From positions 62,001 to 126,000 of the forward strand of contig CDMY01000887.1 in the NCBI GenBank assembly GCA_001179505.1: 64,000 nt of DNA. The letters run 5' to 3'. Numbering within the stretch: the first letter of the stretch is position 1; the number at the start of each line of letters is the position of its first letter. The notes beneath the pieces were generated by a model. The model was not told the DNA's origin. It saw only the letters and a program-made list of their open reading frames with translations, and ran no database searches. Made by a program: the position numbers and the translations under genes. Shown here piece by piece: positions 58,251 through 64,000 of the stretch. The stretch comes from Vitrella brassicaformis CCMP3155. Taxonomy: Eukaryota; Protista; Chromerida.

Positions 58251-59387
58251 ATGCACGATTCGTTTATCGGCACTGCGGACGCCAGCCCGTTCGACGAGAC
58301 TCTTGCCCTCCGTGCCCTCAACCGTGACGTAGCATCGCTCCTCAGCTCTGCCTACTACAGACACCGCCTCCACCGCTCGAACAGACTCTCAGCCCCCATC
58401 GCATTCAGTGTCAAAAACAGCCCCAGCCACATGAAGGCGTGTTGCCTTGCAGAGAAGGGCGGCCCGTGGGCGAGATGGAGGCAGCTGGTGCAGCTCGTCG
58501 GCGAAGAGGTCATCTGGGTAACCGATGACGACGATATAGCACGGTTCGGCAGCTTCCGTGAGTATCGGGCCCTTCCGGAGGCCCTTGCTCAGCTGCGTCT
58601 GTTCGGCCCTCACGTGACGGAGCGTGACTTAGTGCATTTCGGCGTTGATGTGACCCCCTCGTCCCCCCCTCTCAGCCCAAGCCCTTCGTCGTTCCGCTTC
58701 GCACATGCGGCTGCCCACGAGCTCGACAGGCTGCTGTTTGAGGTGGTCAGACCATCGTCCACGAGTGCCCCATCTGGCCCTGTGCAGTGGTCGCTCGATG
58801 CCACAAGGAAGACCGTCAATATGGTACGGTGACAATGACACTGTGCTACCAGGAGTGCATCGCTTTGGTATCTCACTCTTTGGCTTCTGGTGTGTTTGTG
58901 TGTGCAGGATGGTCGCCGTTCGGTGCAGTTTAGTGTGGAGGCCGACCCGCCGGTGTCCTGCCAGCACGGCCGCTTCAGAGCCACATTTGGGAGCCTCTCG
59001 CGCATGGTGTGTGTGGCCTACGTGGCCTCACGGATGCGCAGAGGGGGCGGCACTCGGATGAGAGGACACCTCAACGGCGCGTCGCCGACCGACTTCGCCC
59101 GTGCGCTCGCGCATACGGATTCCGAGGACAAACTGGCGTCGATCGAGACGGCCACCCTCCCGCCACTCTACATGCCCCTGCCCTCTCGCGTGTGCTGGCT
59201 GCTGTCCAACGACCACGGCCAGGGGGGCGAGAGGGCGCTGGTGGTGTTCACGGCGAGTGACAGGGTGCTGCCGCTGTGTGAGGTGTATGTGGGGGCCGGG
59301 GATGACGGCGGCTGGGTGAGAGGGGCGCTGGAGAGGCGCATGGGCAGTCTGCTGGGCTGTGAAGGGGTAACAGCGGTCCTTGCATAG
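58251..59387 (+). CDS. Hypothetical protein (2 exons)
   Basis: ORF 58251-58832 is spliced (GTACGG donor near 58824, ...gtgcag acceptor near 58908) to ORF 58890-59387. I recognise no domain. Confidence 0.65.
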
Positions 59388-60049
59388 GCGAAGTGTCTAC
59401 ACGTGTCAGATGCCTTGTGTGTGTCTGTCATGACTTGGAGGGGACGTTTTGAGTGTACAGCTTTGCCGTCCGATTGTGCTGCTTTTCCATGCGGCATGGA
59501 ACCCAACGGCATCATCCATTGAGCCTGGGAATGCCGTGCTGTGTTCATGATCAGCCAGAACAGCAGGGAGCAGCACGGTGGCAGGAGTGGGAAGGAATGG
59601 ATGCGTGACTGCAGACATTTGTCAACTTCTCTCAATTTCTCTGAATGGCACTGACATTCAAGTTGAGGAAGAACACACAAGCGATTTGCCTGTGCCCACA
59701 CGTTCGCACCGCACAAACACGCGGTCCGACTCGACGAAAAAATACATGAAGCAAAATCAAAGGAAAGTCGACACACGCGGGTGTGTCTCGTGTGATAAAG
59801 AACACCGGCGACGGGGACACGACCGCTACGACAATTCTCTAGCCATCCACCCCTGCGTCCCTCAATATACTCGGCAACACACAGGCATACACACAGGCAC
59901 ACATACACACACACACACAATTGGCTACGAGACACAGCACCTTCTACTCTACGCTTGTGAAGGAACACTCGGACTACACACAACTATAGTGCCTCGACTC
60001 AGGCCGCCAGATAAATGGCATGCATCAAGCGCACTAGTAGGTCTACATA

Positions 60050-63000
60050 TCAGATCTCCCCTACAGAGCCGAAAGAGAGCCGCTGCAGCTGGCTGATGGA
60101 CGCCCTCCTCCCCCGATTGGTCGCATTGTCGTCCTCCGAACTCAATTCGCTCGACGACTGCTCGACCTCCTCTGCCGCATACGAGTCCTTCTTCTTGGCG
60201 CCGCTGATCTTGTCGCTGACCAGGGATTTCCTCTGGACCGTCTTATTCTGCTGTTGCTGCTGCTGCGGGGGGATGTAAGGGAAATTGGCGATAGAGGGCA
60301 TATGAATGATCACGCCGTCGAAAAGGGGGGTGTATTTGGAGGCGATGAGGACGAAGGAGATCGACAAAATGTTCAATGTTGGGAAGAAGAGCAATCTGCA
60401 TGCAGCCAATAAAGGGTTAACAATACTATGCAGACCCATGCAACGCGTGGCTGCTGACTGACAACTGACCGGTAAGCGCTGCCAAGAAACGACGCCCACA
60501 TCCACTGACCGATCAGCACGTCATGCCGGTTCTGCAACACAGGGCACTTCGCATAGATAGCGCCTTATCGGTCACCGAAATAAATAATAAACAATAAACA
60601 AATAAATAATAAACAGGACATTCCACCCGACACACGCGACATTCCAGGATGTCCAGAGCGTCCAGCCAACGAGGTCCATCACCTTCCAGCAGTGGATCTG
60701 CATCTCTCGTTCTGCAGCAGACATCTCCTCCTGACATGAGGCATATACGAGCACACACGTGTCTCTCTCACTCTGCCCCATGTCTCCGGTACCTCGATCA
60801 CAAATCTTCTGAAGAGGGCATAGATGACGAAGCCGACAGTCACGGCAATGAGAAATGACACCGCCGACACAGCCATCGTCCCAAGAGATGGCAGGTAGTG
60901 TACTGTGGGACGGTCGTTTGACAAGTACAGGGCGGTCGAGTTGACGTACGGGTCCACAAAGTCGTGTCCGACTCGGTGAACGATGGCGGAGTTGGACCAG
61001 AATATCAATGAAGAGATGGTGATCATGCCTATCAAAGATGCTTCCAGCGCACCGAAGCGTTGAGCACGGGTCGAGAAGGGGTTGTGTGTAAGCCTGCAGA
61101 ATGCAGGAACGTGAGAACACATTGTTGACGCGTTTGTTGTCATCCGCTCACGAGGATAGCAGAGGATGGTCCCTCTTCGCAACCCGAGCGAGAATCTTGC
61201 AATTTGTCCACCGCTGGTACCGTAATCGGTCAGCAGCTGTTCTTGCCTGAAGGAAGGAGCAAAGCATTGCCTCTTGGTCTCCCCTTTTCTGCCTGCCGTG
61301 CTTCATCACACCAGTGGGATGCCGGTCTTGACAGCGTCCGCCACAGAGGGCCGGTGGTAGGTTGAGGCCACAGAGGGCCGATGAGACTCGGTGCCCGTGT
61401 AGAAGCTCGTGATGGTCTCACGCCTCTGCCTCTGCCTCTGCAGCTCCTCGTCCTGGCCAGTCTCTTGGCTTCCAGCAGTGGAGAGGCTTAATGTCGAGGC
61501 CTTCAGTTGTGTGATGATGCGGGTGAACGATTCGGCAGGCAAGGGGTCGGTGAACATCAGCTGGTGACGCAGACAAGGCGACAGACAAGGCGACACGAAT
61601 GTGCATTCGGCACTCACAACCAGCTTCCGCTTACTCTCATGTTGCCGAGGGAGACGGCGGTCTCCTCCAGTATCGGCTCTGACATGTCCTCCACGAAGTA
61701 TCCGTGGGTCACTTGTGAATCGTCCGAGGCCACATTCAGCACCTGAGGAAAAGAACATGGTCTCTTTTCCTGAAGGGACCACTTGCGCTCACCAGTCCGT
61801 CGTGAGTCCACCAGATGTGTGCGGGCTGGCCATTGACCAGCGCGAAACACCCGGAATAGGCCACTGGTCCCTCGAAAGTGAAGGCACCCGCTGGTGTTCC
61901 CTCAATTTCTCCCCCATGGCTCTCTAACAGAATTCTCCTCGCCTCCTTCGCCGCACGGATGACTTGGGCCACCGCTGCTACGCCGCTGGGAACCAATGTC
62001 ACGTGCTGGTCCTGGTGTGCTTCCGTCATCTCATGGATCGAGGGCCGCGCCGCAGAGGACACCGGTGGCTTCGGCTGCTCCGGCTGCTCCTCGTCCCCAG
62101 GCGAGCACAGTGGGACAAGAAGACTGTCCTCCTTGGAAGGCTTCTGCTGGATCGTCTCTGTCGTCGACGTCTCAAATGTCTGTTGCTCGATGGCTTGGCC
62201 GACGAGCAGGTCTCTGTCCGTGTTGGTCGGCTGCATGGACAGCAGCAGGGTGTGGTCTCGGTCGTACAGCGACACGGCGTGTTGATCCTGCTCGATGGTG
62301 TGAATGTCATCCAGCTCAATGGCTTTGAGCGGCTGCAAAACCAAGCGAGCACAATGAATGGACGACAAGATGAACGGCTACTGATTTATTGAGTGCTGGA
62401 TATGACTCACTCCATTTGTGTCAATCAAGTGACGCCACTGATTGAACACAACATTGGGGGACAAGCCATAGTACACGCCTGTCGTGCATTCAACCGCCTT
62501 GTTCACCTTCCTGTCTGTGAAGTGGCTCGCAGGGTGCAGGAACACCTCATATTCCGACGTCCATGTGTAAAAGGGCTCCTGTGTCTGCTCTCTCAACACG
62601 AAGACACTCACTGCCGCCGGCGGAGGCACCGATATTTCGCTCTGCTGCTGAAATGGGGTATCTTCTATCTCCTCTTTCCTCGTTTCTCGCCTCAAATGCC
62701 GTCTTGGCTGCCGTTGGGCTTTTCTCTTCTTGTTGTCGGCCTTTTGTGTGTGCTCGATGTGGCTTTGCATGAGGAGAACATCAAGCTGCTCCAGGCGCTG
62801 CTCCTCCCTCCTTTGCTTGTTGGACAGCCTCTGGTGTCTTCTGGTCCCCACAGCTGCCCGAGACAGGCGCTTGGCCGTCTTACTGTGCCTTTGCTGCTCA
62901 ATCTCCTCCAGGACCGCCTGAGTGAAAGCGTCTGCTTTCTCATGTCCGCCTCTCCTTCGCGACTCTCGGATGGCCACCAGAGCATCTTTGATCGCCGATG

Positions 63001-64000
63001 GATGGTCTCCTGCGCTTGCCTCCTTCCTCTTTGCGGCTCTCGCTGGGCAGAGAGCGTTGTACAGAAGGAAGAGCGGCAGCAACGGCAGGAGGACGAGTCG
63101 CGATGTTATCAAGTAAACAGGGCCGATAGTGAAGCAACCCTGACAGACATGGCAATTACCTTGCTTGTGTTTTTCTGTCTCTTTATCGAGCGCACACGTA
63201 CACGTACTCACCAGAAATCTGATTCCGGGCATGAGAACACAGAGACTCCCGATTCCAAAGCCTTCTCTTCTCTCGAAAGTGTCTCGGAAAAAATATGGCA
63301 GGCGATCCTCAATCGGCATCCAATCTTTGCGATCCTACATAGGCATACAAGACGATGGATATATGTGGATCCTCACAGACGCGTCCAAATAAGTCACTCA
63401 CCCGCAGCGACAGCGCGATTACAGGAACGATGAGAAAGGCGCAGGAAAAGGCGACGAATAAGAGGCCGATGTCGCCTGTGCACACAAATGGCGGAGATGC
63501 ACACGCATATAAGCGTACGTTCTCTTTTCAGTCTACGTACCCGCCTTGAGCATAGCCAGCAGGGCTGCCGTGTCAAAGATAATTGGTGGACTACCCGGCT
63601 TGGGCTCATCAATGGGAAATATTGCAGCGGCGAAGGTCGAAAGGTGTGTACACGCACACTGCATAAAACAAAATGAGCTGCTCCCTATGTGTATCTGTGT
63701 GAGAGAAACGGACCTCAATCGATTCGTCAGTCACTGACACGTTGCAATGAGCGTCGATATACTGTTCGGCCCATTCATCCCACTGCATGCAGAAGGGAAC
63801 TCCTCCAAAAGGGGCAGTCGAGTTGTCAAAAGGGAACGTCAACAGCACCGAAGCGTTGCCCAAGTCGTGTAGCTTGGTTTTGTCTCGCCACAAGTCCACA
63901 GTGATGGCTGTGTCGAGGACCTTAGCGTCTGTGGGAGTGTGCTTTGCCGAATACGGGTTTGTTGGCAGCGTGACGATGAGTGCTTGTGTAGCATTTATCA
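60050..64000 (-). CDS. Polycystin-1/PKDREJ-like receptor, copy B (3' part: GPS, TM1, long cytosolic loop, further TM helices)
   Basis: GPS CMQWD...HCNVS...CACTHLSTFA (63628-63790), TM1, then HNPFSTRAQRFGALEASLIGMITISSLIF, which resembles the PKD1 S-x-FTRxQR motif before TM2. Further hydrophobic segments follow (AVSAVSFLIAVTVGFVIYALF; LLFFPTLNILSISFVLIA), with the stop at 60050-60052. Confidence 0.8.
62402..64000. repeat. Paralogous segment, copy 2 (matches 1-1624)
   Basis: Direct, colinear match to the start of the window. Confidence 0.97.

Noticed and set aside
62393-63433. 346-aa plus-strand ORF, and its paralogs at 15-560
   Set aside because: It is antisense to the receptor exons. In copy A the frame is broken by a stop at 291-293, while the minus frame is kept.
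1-64000. tRNA, rRNA, telomeric or spliced-leader sequences
   Set aside because: I recognised no cloverleaf, rRNA signature, telomere array or leader repeat by eye. A covariance-model scan would be needed to exclude small ncRNAs.

Overview
Eukaryotic, intron-rich, GC-rich nuclear DNA. By inference it is a chromerid alga such as Vitrella brassicaformis, because it has an LHC antenna gene and an Fe-SOD with bipartite signal+F-type plastid presequences, an apicomplexan-like SOD, and short introns packed with (CA)n/(GT)n, (GACA)n and (GGAT)n. I can support about 20 spliced genes. In order they are: polycystin-1/REJ-GPS-like receptor copy A (5' part), DUF442-ETHE1 fusion, DDX21/RH7 helicase, BTB protein, NOVA-like 3xKH protein, opine dehydrogenase, QRT3-like beta-helix protein, modular subtilase, MTH1-like Nudix, plastid Fe-SOD homolog, LHC, two hypotheticals, an MGC-acylated protein, a signal-peptide hypothetical, an EF-hand/TM protein, an F-box-like protein with a PIP box, CHCHD2, a hypothetical, and receptor copy B (3' part). 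There are four 300-N scaffold gaps. I saw no rRNA, tRNA or CRISPR. The most interesting signals are: (1) a plastid-targeted Fe-SOD that has lost two of four metal ligands and sits head-to-head with an LHC gene; (2) a BTB protein ending in what looks like the Pecanex C-terminal tail domain; (3) a bacterial Blh-like DUF442-persulfide dioxygenase fusion; (4) a systematic AC-at-5'/GT-at-3' complementary microsatellite polarity in introns; (5) a ~960-bp inverted repeat bracketing a divergent gene pair; (6) a duplicated GPS-cleavable polycystin-like receptor. Exon boundaries were read by eye, and family assignments rest on remembered motifs, not database searches.
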